Source: Geosiphon pyriformis uo1
Lineage: Eukaryota > Fungi > Glomeromycota
Reading direction: 5' to 3'
DNA length: 64,000 bases
Assembly (NCBI GenBank): GCA_016748015.1
Contig: JAAOMT010000480.1
Span: forward strand, 932,328 to 996,327
Part shown: piece after piece, positions 1 to 14,819 of the stretch
Layout of the letters: the number at the start of each line of letters is the position of its first letter
How positions within the stretch are numbered: position 1 is the first letter of the stretch
Notes under the pieces: generated by a model
Seen by the model: the letters and a program-made list of their open reading frames with translations, nothing else
What the model was told of the DNA's origin: nothing
Database searches by the model: none
Made by a program: the position numbers and the translations under genes

Positions 1-1769
1 GAGTTTTTTCAGATTAAAATTCTGAAATCAGATTAACAGGATTTATATATTAAATGCACCATTCATTTTCTCCTTTAGGCAATATCGGCAGAAATTGATA
101 AAAATAGTTTTACTTGAATCTATATGCATAGAGTATTCTAAGCACCTGATAATTTTCTCTATGGTAATCCTGATTTTATAGAAATTTTCACAATGAAGTT
201 TTTCCCTTATAAACTATGTAACTATTTTGGTTAAATGAAAAATTTTAAACTTTAAAAATGAATTTTAACTCTGAACAAATTAATATATTTCATTTACATC
301 TCATCTCAAAAAACATAATCTAGATACATAAATCTCTTTAAATAATTCGGATTTAAATAATTGCCAAGACATCTAACAATAAACTGAGAATTCTTTTAAA
401 ATAGTAATTCTAAAAATAAAAATTCAATATTTTGAATTGTTTAAAGGCAAGAAAAAAAATAATTCCAAAAAGAACAAATAAACGCTTCTTTAATGCATGG
501 TGATTTTGATAATTACAATGGGTGATATTCAGATTTAACAGTCGATATTGCCATTGTCGTCATTGTCGCTATTACATGTACTATTGCTTTATATTATAGA
601 ATTTGCAAAAAATGCCTTGGATAAAAGAAATAATTAAAACGTTTATCTTAATAGTAATGAACTCAATAAAATACAAAATAAAAAATCTAAATGTATAATC
701 TCACAAAAAAACATGCAAGCAATTTTAAATTATTAGAATTGAACAAAAAAAAATTTAAAAAATGATAAATTAATTTTTTCTTAGTTTTAAAAAACATTTT
801 AATAATCAAGTATAGTAAAAACTAGCTAGCTTATAAATAATTACTTTAAGGTTTTTAAAATAGTCTTAGTCATATGTATTGAGCTTTTCACACAAGAATT
901 GGGATTAATTGGTCGGTTCAAAGTCTAACTCCTAATTCAAATAATTCAAATACCATGTTAAATTCAAACAATAATAGCAATTCAAAGAAACAAAATTATA
1001 TTTAAAATGTTTGTTTATAAAAAATTTAAAAGTATTTTATTAGTAATAGTTTTATTATAAACAGAGACAGTATAATATTTAAGAATAAAAAAATATTTTT
1101 TAAAATTCTACATTTAAATGTTAAATTTAAAAAAAACTTGATTGTATTTATTAATTTGCATTTTGAACAATAATAAACAGATTTAATTCTTTTCATATAT
1201 CTTAAATTTTGAGAATTGATCCAATATTTCTGTAATTTCGTTAATTAATGCAAAATCTTAATGTGTTTTTTAGTAAATTATTATAATGAGAAAAATTTTA
1301 ATTCTCTTTTTTTGGTGATTACTTCTTTGAATGACACAGATTGGTCAATACTATTTTTCTTTGACCAAGAATTTATTTAATGATTTCCTTTTTTTAATTT
1401 TCCCAAAAGAAAATGTCGTGGATTGAAAATCCTAAAATTAATAGTTTATATTGCTTGAAAATCATTGATTCATCATTGATGGATATCTTTTTTTTAATAC
1501 TGATGATTGGGATATTTTTAATAAAGAATGTTTCACCAAAAGCTCTTAATTTTAATTATAATTTAATTAGCACGGTTTTTAATTCACTTATTTTTGGTGA
1601 AAGAATAATCTTCAACAGAATTTCCAATTTATGGGATTTTAAACGTGATTTAGTGATACCCGAGAAATTTTGTTATTTTTTAAATGAAGATTCGATATAT
1701 TAAAAATGATATTTTAGAAAATTCAAATAAAAAGAAGCAATTATTATCTTTCATATTTTCCTGAGAAAC

Positions 1770-2659
1770 ATGAATAATTTCTTTTCTTCAAATGTTAAAG
1801 AAACCGAGCGTCTTGCAACTTATGCAAAAGTTCAAACAGAGTGCAATTCCTCAAGAACAAACTCAATTACGGATCTTGCTATTGAAATTGAAGACTATGA
1901 GGTTGCTGAAATGATGAAAATCCAAGAAATTGACTTAGGCAGGGTATCAGATCAAAGTTTAAGGCACCAAGAACAGGCTCATTGTAGTCTCTTTTGTGAC
2001 GTCTTATTTCTGCGCAGTATGAAGATAGTTTTGTTTATATTGAATGGATGGATCTTATTAGAGTCTTTTATATTTGCTTGTGCTATGGTGAGTAAAATTT
2101 TCAAAGTAAAAATATTTTTAATTTACAGTTCTCAAAGTATTTAGTTTAGGCGATAGAATTCATTAAATGTACTTCATTAAACAAATAGCCAGATCTTGGA
2201 GGCAAAAAACTAGTGCTTGTATTTGGAGGATTAATTGCCGAATTAATAATACGTGGGTTCTTAATCTGGACAGTTTTTGCGAATTCATTATTTTGGCCAA
2301 CTAGCAAATTATTGTCTTTTGTTACTTTTTTATTTGTGTTGGTTGGTAAGTGAATTATAGCTTTGGTCAGACTTTCTTGATTTCATTGTTTTCACCTTTG
2401 ACCAATTTAATTTTTTTTTTCTCGAAAAGGTGGAGAAGTTGCTGTTTATTTTTTAGAGCCATATCATCAACGTGAGAGGGTAACTTTGTTTATTTTTACA
2501 ATTCCTTATACTTTAATATTTTTATTTATCAGCATATTCGTCACCATAAGTGCTGATGTCTGTTCGAAACTTGAAGATAAGAAGCTTTTTGATTTATGCG
2601 TGTTTTTGATGTTTTTGATAAGTATGGTGCATGTGGTAAAGGTTTATACTCGTACATAA
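1770..2659 (+). CDS. Uncharacterised multi-pass (~5 TM) membrane protein, family member A, ~234 aa, 3 exons (1770-2087, 2189-2345, 2430-2659)
   Basis: Donors GTGAGT (2088) and GTAAGT (2346) with AG acceptors give an open spliced frame. Motifs NSITDLAIEIEDYE, AELIIR, G|GEV and a Cys pair in the last loop are shared with four paralogs in the window. Confidence 0.75.
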
Positions 2660-3805
2660 TGATTGGTGACTTAGAACCTGAGAATTAATCACATTCTAAT
2701 TTTAACTTTTGAGTGTACTGCTGAATGAGAAATGGGTTTATTAATTGTCTTTTATTAAAAGATTAGAACCGAGATTTTTTATAAAAACATAACAAAATAA
2801 TTTATTTTTAAGAGTTTATTGAGCGTTAAAAAGATAAAGAATAAAGAACTTGATCACTTGATAATGTAATAAATTATAAATTATATTTATTATAATAATT
2901 TAGCAAAAAAAATTAAAAAAGTTATTAAAAAGCTTTCTTTTATAAAAAAAAAGATTATATTTTTTAGAAATGAAAAAAATTGTATATTAAGAATTTCATT
3001 TAAAAATATTTAAAAATTAAATTTTTTTAGAGTGTTGAACTTGAGCACATGTATAAGTAAAACAATCGTTTGAATTTAACAATTAGGTATCAAATTAAAA
3101 ACTTTAAAATCTATGTAAAAAGTCCTGATAATGATATCATTTTACAATCTGAAACATTTAGGCATCATCCCCAAAAATGGTCAATCACAATTACCAATGC
3201 AGTGCACAAAGAAAATTGATAGACTGAACCAGCAATTAAAGCTATTACCATACTTATTATGGTTTTACTCCTTCGTTTTCGTAGGACGACGAAATATGTA
3301 TACTAACACAAGTTTGTAACTTTTCCAATTGTGATACCTAAAAACTCTATGGCGTATTAAGATGGGATTAGATACAATCTTTTCAGCCCGGCCATTATTA
3401 CTATTCACTTGTTTTCCTCAATAAATTAAGAGATTAAAACAATTTCGTGTTTGAAATTTAAAAAATTTTACTTTTTTGAGAGATATGAATTTTCTTAAAT
3501 GAAACATAAAAGAATTGGAACTAGTATGTTTAAAGAGAATTATAGTATATTTTACCATTGGAGTTTGAAATGGAAAAAATAGCCAGATTGGTTAAATTAA
3601 AATGGAAATCTTTCAAATAACATTAATCGATTACTTTGCTCTTTGTCACACAGCTAAACGCAAACTATATATTCTCAGTGATACAAAAAACGAAACATGA
3701 AACATGAAATTCGAAACAAATTGCAGGCATAAAAAAAGAAAAATTAATCGTTTTCTTCGAGTTCTTCAAGGTTTTTGCCTGTTAAGAAAGTTTTGAATAT
3801 TTGCG

Positions 3806-4836
3806 ATGGAAGATATTTCGTTGTCATATAATAGGGCTCTAAGACTGATGATACCAACTGCTGTAATTAGTGAGGAGTCTACAACTTCAATTGATTCCCC
3901 TTCGTGGCCAGAACCAATTCATAACAGACCAGAATCAAGTGCTTCGATAGCACTTGATATTGCACATCAGAATCTTCGATACTCTGACTCGATAATTTCA
4001 GCGGTAGCAGGATTTAAAAAAATGGGAGCTCGAAATTTTTCAAATAAATATCTAGTTTTACCAACGGCGTCACAACGAAGTTCAATTACCAATATTGCAT
4101 GGGAAATCCCAAATTATGAAAATCTAATAAATCCACCAGTCAATATACAAGATGTAAATTCATTACGAAGGGGATTAGTAGTTAACAAAAAAATTTCCAC
4201 ATTTTGGCGGTTGATTTGGCTTCTAATAAATATTTTTCTGGTAATTGGTGAAATCTTTTTGATTAAATGTTCGTCTTCGGTAAGTGAGGCTCAAAAAAAA
4301 AAAAAAATTGAAGTTAATGGGACGAGGATAAAATGTTGTTTCTAAAAAAAATTTTAACGTTACATGTTACTTTTAACTCAAAAAAATTTTCTTTTTTTAG
4401 CCGGAATTGCGTGGAATATGGATAGCACTGCTCACACTAGACTTATTATATAAAATTGTATTTGTCATGAATGTATTGCCATTGCTTGTTGAACTCAAGG
4501 AAAAATTTCTTATTGCTGGATTAATAATGATAGGTAAGAATCGATAAGATGTTAAAAAAATGAAATAAAGTATTATTAATAATTTCCTTATTTTCGATAA
4601 TGATAGGAAAAGAGGAGGCGTCAAGCTTTCTGATTGATGTTAATTTCCATGACCTCCCACGAATTTTATGTTTGATATTTATTGGCTCATACATAGTTTT
4701 GGTAGCAACTCTTACAACAATTCTAACCAAGAACCCAATTTACGATGCAACTCATTCGCACGATTGTCTTACTATGTCAATAACCGTCCTGAGCCTCATT
4801 GTTTGCTCGGTTGTTAAAATGTGTATTGGAATTTAA
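3806..4836 (+). CDS. Uncharacterised multi-pass membrane protein, family member B, ~278 aa, 3 exons (3806-4279, 4401-4533, 4607-4836)
   Basis: GTAAGT/GTAAGA donors with phase 0 and phase 1 introns, as in the paralogs. Motifs SSITNIAWEIPNYE, TLDLLYK and G|KEE; several hydrophobic segments. Confidence 0.75.
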
Positions 4837-6667
4837 AAATTTAAATTTCTATTAAATTTTATTTATGGTATAAAAATCTATTTTATTTAATAAATTATAT
4901 ATATTTTTCTAATCAGTTTTATATTTAACAAAATTTATTATTATTTTTCAGGAAAATTCCAAGATAAAAATATGCCTTAAATCGCTACGATCATGAATAG
5001 GAAGCGGCAAATATTAAACAAACTAAGGTGAAATTCCAAGAAATAGTTTTTTTTTTTAAAAGATAAACTACCTTTCGTTGAAAGTTTAAAAAAATACATG
5101 TATTATTATAATTTTTTTAAAATAGAAAAAATATGTACAGTTAAAATATTTAGAATTAGAAATATATATTCATTTTTTTTTGTATAAAATAGACATATCA
5201 AAAACTAAAACTTTAATAATAATAATAATAATAATTATTCTATTTCTTTTAAATAAATAATTATTTTTTTATTGAAAACCATTAAAATTCGATTATATAT
5301 ATTGATTTTAAATAAAATTCAAAAATCTCTTTATTTAAATGTTATTGAAAAAAAAAAAAAAAAAAAGTTTCAAATTCTTTTTTAATTAATTTTCATTATA
5401 AATTTATAAGCAAATTGCATAAGCAACTAAACATAAAATTTTTTAATTTTAAAAATATTAAATGAATGTACAATAAATGAAATTATTTATCAAGTATAGA
5501 ATCATTCCGTGTCTTTTAAAAAATATTTTTTCAATATCTTGAAAATTTTTTATATAAATTGAAAGCAAAATTTCATTTTCAAATTTTCTAATACACACAT
5601 CAAATGTTATTGACAAAATAATTTCTAAATGGTTAGAGCTGTTAAAAAATTAGCCGGGGATCTTTTAATTATATAAGATGATTTTTTTCTCTAAATTTAA
5701 CTATTGACTGAAATATATAAAATATTTAAAACCTCTTTGTAATTTTTTTTTAAATCGAAATAAGACATTTTGGATCGGCCAAAAACCAAAACCTAATAGT
5801 TTTGAATATAATTTTATTCCATACTGTTTGTGAAATATTTTAAGCAATTTAAAAATTTTTGTCCTTGAATTTTTTTGATCATTATATAAAAATATCAATT
5901 TTCAGTAAATTTAATGTTAGATATTATTTTATCTCTATTGTGAATTTTTGATTTTAAAAAGACTAAAATCGATCAATTTCTCATCCAAATTTAAAATGTT
6001 GTTTTACCTTCACTTTTCGGATACTATTGTTTACAAAAGAATACATTTCAAAACAAAGTTTTGGAATTTGTTGATCACGTACGACAAATGTAAGATTATA
6101 TTTAAATCTTGAGTTAATCTGGTCAAGAATATTTAAAAGTTTCATAGAGTATTTAAATTTTGTTTTTGATTGAAAATTTTTAGGGAACACAAAAATTTAA
6201 CTTGTCATTTAAACTTCATATAATTCATTGTCAATGTGTCCTATACCATTCTGTATTATTTCCACTTTGAAAGTTAGAATTTTTGAATGGGGTCATTGTG
6301 ATGCATGCAATACCTAAATCTTCACTCGTCAGCCCAATTTTTTTTTTAGAAAATACGATAATTTTTTTGACCACAATGAAGTTTTTGTACAATGATTTAC
6401 TGAGTGTTGCTAAATTTTAAAGTGTTATCTCTTTGAGGTCTATAAATAATTCATCAAGCAACTGGTAGCTGATCAAATGATTGACATTAAATATGACTCT
6501 AAAATATAGAGTGATCTAAAAAAAGGGTAGTGTTACTTGAAAATTTCCTTTATGAAATTAATGATCATATAAGAATCAAGTAACATTGAGATATTTTTTT
6601 TTTTTTTTTCAGCTTCCCAAATTTTTCACTTTCCCCATTAAATACGATTTAAATCATTTCTTAAAAT

Positions 6668-7602
6668 ATGTCTTCTTCAGATGAAAGGCTTAGTACCTCC
6701 TCAATGGATGAGATCGCTCTCATTTTCGATAGGTTTGAAGAAAACGATAAAAAGTATTTTTATAATAATAATCAAGAGGAAAACAACAATAATACATTAA
6801 AAAGAAGAGATTTTAGAAGTAGAGCTTTAAAATTTACATGGTCAATTATTTGGTCTCTAGTGAATTTAATAACGCTAGTGAGCTTCACTTTCTTGGTTAT
6901 TCTTACTTACAAACGAGTAGGTATTTAAAAGTTTTCTTTTTAAGAAAAAAAAAAAAAAATTTCAAATGGAAAATATTTTCCCAATTTCCGATTAAAGTGT
7001 CATATTCTAATTTTCTTATTGAATGAAACTCTTTTAAAATTACTTTCTCAATCAAAAACATAGAAATTCTTAGAAATTCTGAGTACTTCAATACTTTCAC
7101 TGGAAGTTTTTGTTCGTATCTTTACCATAATTGTGATTGTAAAACAAGAAAATGTTCGTTTTATGCCAAAAAGAATTGGAATTTTAATTGGAGTTTTTTT
7201 TGGTAAGATAATTTTTTCATTTTCATACAAAAAGAAATTTAATATTAAAAAATTTTGAATTAATAAGAATTTCTTTTATTTTGAATCATATTATATTTTA
7301 AAAATTTTTTTGTACATTTAGGAAAAGAAGATTTTGCACAACTATTTCGTAAACCAAATCAATATCATTTATTGAGAAAATTAAAAATGATCCTTTTACT
7401 TATAATTCTTGTTAATGCTACATCATTAATACTATTGATTGTATTGTTACAGAGTTCTGAAGAATGTAAGAAAACTTTGTTTAACAATTGTCTTGTGAAT
7501 GGGATTAGTGTCTTTGGTTTAGTTTGCATTTGGTTCGATATCATGAAAGATTTTTTCTTTGGATTTTTTTATTTAAATTCGGAAACGTCAGAAATTAGTT
7601 AA
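6668..7602 (+). CDS. Uncharacterised multi-pass membrane protein, family member C, ~222 aa, 3 exons (6668-6916, 7064-7202, 7322-7602)
   Basis: GTAGGT/GTAAGA donors and an open spliced frame. Motifs SSMDEIALIFDRFE, SLEVFVR, G|KED and CKKTLFNNC. Confidence 0.75.
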
Positions 7603-8428
7603 AGTATTTTTAGTATATATAACATTTATAGGTAATATCGACAGCTGACTAATGCTTTCTCACAAAAAAAAAATTTTTTTATACCGATTTTCTTCGTGAA
7701 ACTTAACTTTACATTTTTCTTCATAGTCAATCTTAATTGAATCGATATAAAGCTTTTTCATTAATTTTTAATCATTTCATACAAAGTTTAAACATTATTG
7801 AATATTTTTACATTTTGTGATCATTTTCACTAAATTGTTTTCCGATATATAGATAAATATAAATAGGATTTATATTTTAAAACACCTCATCATCAAGAAA
7901 AATTTTGATTCAAAGATACAGAATGAAATTGTTACATGAACACAAAAATGGTTACAATAAATCGGATATTGACTATTCATAGATGATCCATGCTTTTTGA
8001 AGTTTTCACTTTATACATGTATTCCCTTGAAAAATCGAAAGAGATATTAATATAAAATTTATTATATCTATAGAAAATGAAAAAATTTGAATTTAAGCTT
8101 TTAATTAAAAATTTATCCGGATTAATTTTAATTTTTTCTTTTCTTCTCTTTAAAATTGATATAGAAAATAAGATGTAAACATTCTCTTCACGTGATAATA
8201 TTTTAAAAATATGAATACATATGAAAGGAAATATTGAAATATGTTTTATTTACTGCAAATAAAACATATCAAATAGACCGAAATATTGTTTATCCCCGAA
8301 GTCAAAAGATATGGGAAATTACTGTTTAGAAAATCTTGGCATTTTTTTTATTTATAATTTTCCTTCCTCAATAAGAGTTAAGGAATACTTTTTAACTTCT
8401 TTAAATTTATTATATTTTTTAAAAAATT

Positions 8429-9922
8429 ATGAAGAAAATATTTATTTCTTCTTTCTTAATTATTATATCTTTAGCGAATTGGAAAATATGTTCCTTGATT
8501 ATTCTTAAATTCTTACCATATGTTGAAAAATTTAGGAATGACTCTAATAATTTTAGTAAATCACCAACTTTTCATTTTCCTATTGAAAGAATTAAAAATT
8601 TTAATTCAACTTCATTCGTAAACAAAAAAAGAACCCTTTATAAACCAGGATCTAAATGGCCTCATCCCCCAAGAAAGAAATTACTTGCTGGTTCAGATTT
8701 AGTCTTTTTTTTAAAAGAAATGGCTCATTTGGCAAATCAGGCCTATTGCTCTCCTGGAAATGATATTGGAAAAATAGTTGAAGGTGGACATGTGATAGGT
8801 AGTTAACTCCAAAATATGAATTAATTTAGATTATTAGTTTCGAAAAGTTAATCGATTGATTGATCTGTAGCGCAACAAGGAATTTATATTTCAAAGAGGG
8901 AAGACTCTGATAGTTTGGTTTTTTATTTCAAGGGCAAGGTAAATAAAATTATTACTTTTTTCTCAAATAAAAGTTCAATTTGATAATTTCTAATGAATAT
9001 CTCGAAAAGGAATTAACAAAAGGAGAATGGAAAGCTCGAAAAACAAATCTTGTTCCTTTCAAAACACCTGACTCACAAACGAACCCAAATATTTTGGTTG
9101 ACGAGGAATGGCAATTAGATACATTAAAAATGTGGCCTCAGATTTTCCATTCCATCCTAGGTGATCCTCCAGATATTTTCCAAAATGTTTATTTCGTTGG
9201 TCATGCTATTGGTGGAGGTAAATTTTCTGAAAGGATATCTTTGTAGTTCCAAAATTTTTTTTTTTTTAAACCTCTGAATTAAATTCAGAAGTCTGAACTT
9301 CAAATTTAGCCTATGCAACTCTAGCCGCACAATATTTACGTCTTTACGAAGCTCTTGAGAAACCTCATGAATTAAGTCTGGTTGATATTCAAATATTTAC
9401 ATTTGGCGCTCCACGAATCGGCAATAAAGATTTCGCAAGGTTACTCAATGAATATAGCGAAAAAGATTATCGTGTAACTTTTGGAAATGATCATGTCCCA
9501 CATTTCCCGACAGAAGGTATAAGAAAAAAGAAATTAGTTCATTCGGAGACGGAGATCTGGATAAAACCACCTGATAATTGTGATTGCAATGATGCAACAA
9601 CCAGTTTAGCCACATTAGATAGACAACAGATAAACGCTTACCAGCAAGCAATCGAATATTATCTATGCCCAGGGGCTAGTAACCCCGAGTATTCGTTTGC
9701 TAGGACAAATCGGTTGCTTTATCCACCAAGTCATATAAATGCTGGTGAAAATCAGGTAGTTATAATTATTTAAGAAATGAGTGGTAATATTAAATTTTAT
9801 ATTAACTTTTTTCCTATGATCAGGAATGCAATGCAGGCCAAAGTTTTGAAAATACTTCGGATGATATATTTCAACGTGGTCCTTATTTTGGCGTTATAAT
9901 GGGTGAATGCTCAGGGAGATAA
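8429..9922 (+). CDS. Secreted class-3 lipase-like (alpha/beta hydrolase) protein, probably catalytically inactive; 5 exons (8429-8798, 8871-8938, 9010-9217, 9310-9755, 9824-9922)
   Basis: Hydrophobic N-terminus and lipase-3 hallmarks LANQAYC, VFYFKG, FVGHAIGGAYA, FTFGAPRIGN, RVTFGNDHVPHFP, HSETEIWI, GENQECNAG and GPYFG. All splice phases are consistent. Confidence 0.85.
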
Positions 9923-12814
9923 ACCTTTCCTATGATTAATATTTTTCAATTAATTAAATATTTGATTCTTATTTAAAATCTTTTGGTAATATCATTTATT
10001 TTTAAATAATTTTGTTATATTTTAAATTGGAAACTATATTTACCTCATTTTTATAAACTATTTGAAAACTACTGTTTTGTTTTCGTATAACTGCAAATTA
10101 AATAAAAAAATAAAGGAATAATTAAAATGAATTTACTTTATATTGTCTGATAATAATTGAGTTTAATTGTTATAAGTAAAAAATTATTTTAAAGACCTTA
10201 AAAGTTTATGCAATAAAATTATGACAGTATTAATTTTTAAAAGTGCCTATTAGACTGGTTTTACTTAGTTTAAAAGTAGCTTTACTGTTAATGTAATCAA
10301 ATGTAAAATCATTTCTATCCTTCTGATATTTATCATTTGGTGATGAGAAGGAGGAGGAATAAGTTAAGTCAGAAAAAAACTAATTTTTTATAAATAAGTT
10401 AAAGTTTTTTTTTCATTAGTTAATAGACTATTTTTTGGGAAAGGTTGTATTTTATAGCATTTGGTTGTGATTAAACATTAGAAAAAGGTTTCAATCCGAT
10501 TATTTACCATTATTAGATGAAACAAATAATCCTTAGAATCATGCACGTTTTCAACGATCACATGATACTCAGACGATCACTTCATTTTTGCATTGCTACC
10601 AATCATAGCTTTGGAATGAAGCCTTTTTATTTCATTAGATTTTAAAAATTATTTTACATTTTATTCAATAAGTATTATAATACACTTGATTTTATTTTTG
10701 TAAATAGATTTTTTGATAGTAGTTTTGCTGAATACTACCTATTCATAATCTGTTCATCATTCATAATAAAATTTATACCATTTGAAATATCAAAATTGTT
10801 TTAACAATATTTTATGATTTAATTTTTGTGATAAGATGAATTCTTGATTCTATTGTCAAGTTTTTTAATGGTAAATTTTATTATGACTTAATAAATAATA
10901 TATATTTTCTCTTTTTTTTATAAATATTTTGTTAAAATGTACAAAAAAAATCTTGCTATTATGAAAGATAACGTCAGTTAATGTCCGTTAAAAACTATTA
11001 AAGTCTTTTTTTGTTTCTGAATAAACAAATCAAATTTCACTTAATATGCTGTCATTTTGAAATTTTTTTCAACTTATTTCTCAATAAAAAAAAACTTTGT
11101 CTAATCAATCGAAAAATAGAGAGATAGCATCAGAGAAAATTTTATGAATACAAGTTTAAATGTCGCAATTTTCAATTTATTTATTATAAATTTGTATACT
11201 ATTTTAAATTATAAAGGTTTTCATCCTTCATCCTTCATCCTTCATTGTACATTGTGAATCAGCATTATCATTTTATTCTGCTTTTTCATTGAATTTTTTT
11301 TGATAACTCTACCATTTAAAATCTGAGTGCCAAAGTTTCAAAGTTAATTTAGCTGTCTTTATTCAATGGTCTTTCGTTTTCCATTAAAGTTTTAATTCTC
11401 AATCAGTAACCCAATAACGATCTTATTGAGATGCCTTTTTTATAATCAGAATGACAATACCTATAAGATAATGGCTTCTTTCAATTTTAATCCTTAATTT
11501 CAATAGAATTAAACATAAATATTTTTTTCTGGAACTTAAAAAAGTAAAAGCACTTTTTCGTTGACCAATTTTGTACAATATTTCAAATGTGTTCTTTTTA
11601 TTAATTTATCGATGAATTCAATTTTTGATTTTATTAATGTTGTTAATTCTTTTTTTATTCTAAACATATCAGTAAAGCTAATATATAAAAATCGGAATGA
11701 AAGTTTTAAAATAAAAAAGAATTTTTAAAAATTTAAATTATTAAATCAATTTTATAAATAATAAATATAATCAGATATATGTTTTTAATAATTATTTGTA
11801 AAAAAATAAAATATGGTTTTTTCAACAACTTTGTTAAAGTGAATATTTTGCCAAGCATTATAATATTTTTATTTTTTTTATTTTATTTCAAGAAATGCTT
11901 ATTAAATTAATTTTAATAGCTGTTTTTTATTTTACAAATTTTTTATTGACCGATATGCACCTTTTTTTTAAAGTTCATTTAATATTTTTTATAATGATAA
12001 CTTATTCACAACAAAAACTTATTTAAATTTTAAAAGGGACAAAAATAATTGAATTTTTTTTTCAGCATTAGTAAATTTAATTATTTCTTTTTTAGAACAA
12101 AATATAAAACCTTTTAGTCATAATTATTGTTAAATTAATAATAAACTTTAGAATTAAATATATTTTTTATAAAAAAGACTTAATTGATTTTCAATTGGTA
12201 CCATATTATCAACTATTCTTATTTAATATAATAAGAAAAATGTATTTATAAGCAGTAATTCGGATTATTCATTTGTTTACCTTATTTTTAGCCTATATGA
12301 GAAAGAGTAGATTCAGTGACTAAATTATATCCTTTTTAAAATCAATTAGAAGCGAAATAGTACTTTTTTCTTTTGAATATGGGCAAAGTTTTAAATATCC
12401 GAACTGATATTTTATTGTTTATGGTAAGTTGAACTCAATCTTGAGATCTGCATTTAATATCTAAGAGCTCGATTGCTCTTTGAAAAAACTTTTTTAGATT
12501 ACTATTTAAGTAAATCATGCTGTTCTACAATAATTTCCTCATGGGAAGCTTTTTTTTTAAATACTTTTTCGGTTCAGGGTTGTTTCGGAATAAATATGTT
12601 TGATTTTATGGCTAGGTTGAGTAAAAAGTTTTTCCGTTTGAAGAAACAAAAATGATTTGTAAATTGGGTAAAACATATTTGAAAAAAAAATTAATGCAAA
12701 ATAATTCGAACCAGAAGAACTTTATAGATGTGCTAAATTTTTTTAGATTTTTCAATGCGTTATGATATTTTTCGGTTTCTATTTTCTTTAAAATGAAATC
12801 AAACAAAAAAAACA

Positions 12815-13230
12815 TGGTGCCACAAAATCATATATGCCGCAAAGTCTCACCGTGGTCTTGACCACTAAAATTGAACATCAACGCATTAAAAAAATATGCT
12901 TTTTTCGGATGAATGCGTTATTACGTAATTCCATTGCGTGAAGGAGGTGAAGAGTTTAATGAAAATCGTGTCAAGGTCATTTTAATGTACAGTACAATTT
13001 TCTAGAGATATCTTTTTTGCAGGTTAGTTGCATGCATTCTACTAAAAATAAAAACTGTTTTCAAGCCAACTTTACATAACATAGCATTTTCTCGTGTGAA
13101 TGGCGTCTTTCAAAAAGACAAAACTGTCTCGCTTTTCTTCTCTCAAAGTTCGCCAAAGCTGCTTGAAAAATTGGTTCCCATCGAAAATTTCTGGACTGAA
13201 ATGAAGACCTTGGACTCCATCATCATGTTA
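12815..13230 (+). mobile_element. Degenerate Tc1/mariner (IS630-Tc1-mariner) transposase relic
   Basis: Broken frames give KNMLFSDE, GEEFNENRV, GVFQKDK and LVPIENFWTEMK, matching the Tc1 DDE motifs FSDE, FQQDN and LNPIENxW in order. Confidence 0.55.
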
Positions 13231-14736
13231 TTCTTACCATTAATAGATAGAAAATAAAAATAAACTTTTAATTCCCGAAATGAAAGATTTTCGTTCAAGA
13301 TTTTTGTTATTCTATTCCATGAATTGGCTGATGATAAAGAATGAAATTGTGATACTTGAATAAATGTTTTTTTCCAAGGATAAAAAAATTGATTATGTAG
13401 TTTTTATTAATCAGTAGATAAAATTAAACTGCGTCATAGATTTCTCTGAAATACCGTTATTTATTAAATAGCTTATGAAAGCTTCTGTAAATTTCGCTTT
13501 GTGCATTTTCATAGGAATCAGTACAATTTTAAATAATTTTACTATAAATTATTTATATGTATGATTTTATTGAAATATTATTATAAAAGTACATGTAGTA
13601 GTTTTTAATTAAAATACTTGATTTTATTTCTGAAACACGGTAGAAGAGGCTCCTATTATAGAGTCGAGATTTATATAGTACTTTGATTATTGAGATAGCC
13701 TCAACCTCAGAAATAATATTCTCAAACTATATTTTTGAATGAGAGATTATTATTTGACCTAATTTAAATTAATAATAAGCATTTGGTGTTATTGCTAAAA
13801 ATATATGATAAAAGCAATTAATAAAATGAATCGAATCAAATTGAATTGAATTAAATCAAATTATTAAGAAGATTTTACCCATATATTGCATGTATTATGT
13901 AAAGACATATAATGTTTTAGATAGCGTGCTTATGCGAAGAAAAAAAATGGTATTAACTTAAAATGATTCTGAAACAAAAGGCATTCAATTTTTTTGGACG
14001 GACACACACGAAAATCATATTTAAGAAATTTCATTTTTGATCACTCCTCATTTAAACAAATATGGAGTTCAAGGGTGTTCTCAAAGTAAATATGGATATT
14101 TCGCTTATCAAAAAGGAGAAAATATCTTGTAAATCTTTTCCCTTTTTGGCTTTCAAGAATTTGATAGAATAGCGAAAAAGAATGAATCTTAAATCTTTAT
14201 ATAAATGGCCTTTAAAAATTCATCGTAATGATTTATTTAATATTTTCCTATATATTTTAACGCACTTTCCATTCTGTTCTGTTCAGCTCAGAGTCAATTT
14301 CATGTTCGCTTAATTTAATCTATATTTTAATTGTAAAATTTCTTGAACAAGTTTCCTAAAACAAAAGAAATTAATAAGCGCATTCTAATCTTTAAAAAAC
14401 AAAATCTGTAGCGAAATAGATATTAAATTTTTTAATAGAAAAACCATCCCCTTTCTTTTTATGAAAATGTTCAATTCTTATTTTTTTAGTTTTTCCCTAA
14501 GTGTTATTTTATTCTTATTTTCCATGAAGAGTGCAAAGGTTTTTGGATTGGCACAAAATGAAAGGTTTGTTGTTAATTTTTATAAAATAGAAAATATTAT
14601 GGGTTTAATTAAATTAAATATTTACAATTATTTTTGATTTTTGAAATTTTAGATTTAAAGACCCTTATTCCAGTCTCTCATCCCAAATATTTCCAGTTTC
14701 TGCTTGTTCCACTAATATCACCATTAGCAGTGCCAT

Positions 14737-14767
14737 TACTACAACTACTACTAATACTAATACTACA

Positions 14768-14800
<33 letters not shown>

Positions 14801-14819
14801 CACTACTACTACTACTACC
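14737..14819 (+). repeat. (ACT)n/(AAT) trinucleotide microsatellite (poly-Thr)
   Basis: Directly visible. Confidence 0.95.

Noticed and set aside
61-625. Possible 3' exons of another membrane-protein gene (hydrophobic stretch VDIAIVVIVAITCTIALYY near 540-620)
   Set aside because: Stops occur in all plausible joins and the family motifs are not clearly present; the 5' context lies outside the window.
1413-1703. 96-aa ORF
   Set aside because: I/F/N/K-rich composition typical of chance ORFs in AT-rich DNA; no motif or splice support.
3131-3370. Slightly GC-richer patch that might be a relic exon of the 5-TM family
   Set aside because: No GKE motif or consistent frame.
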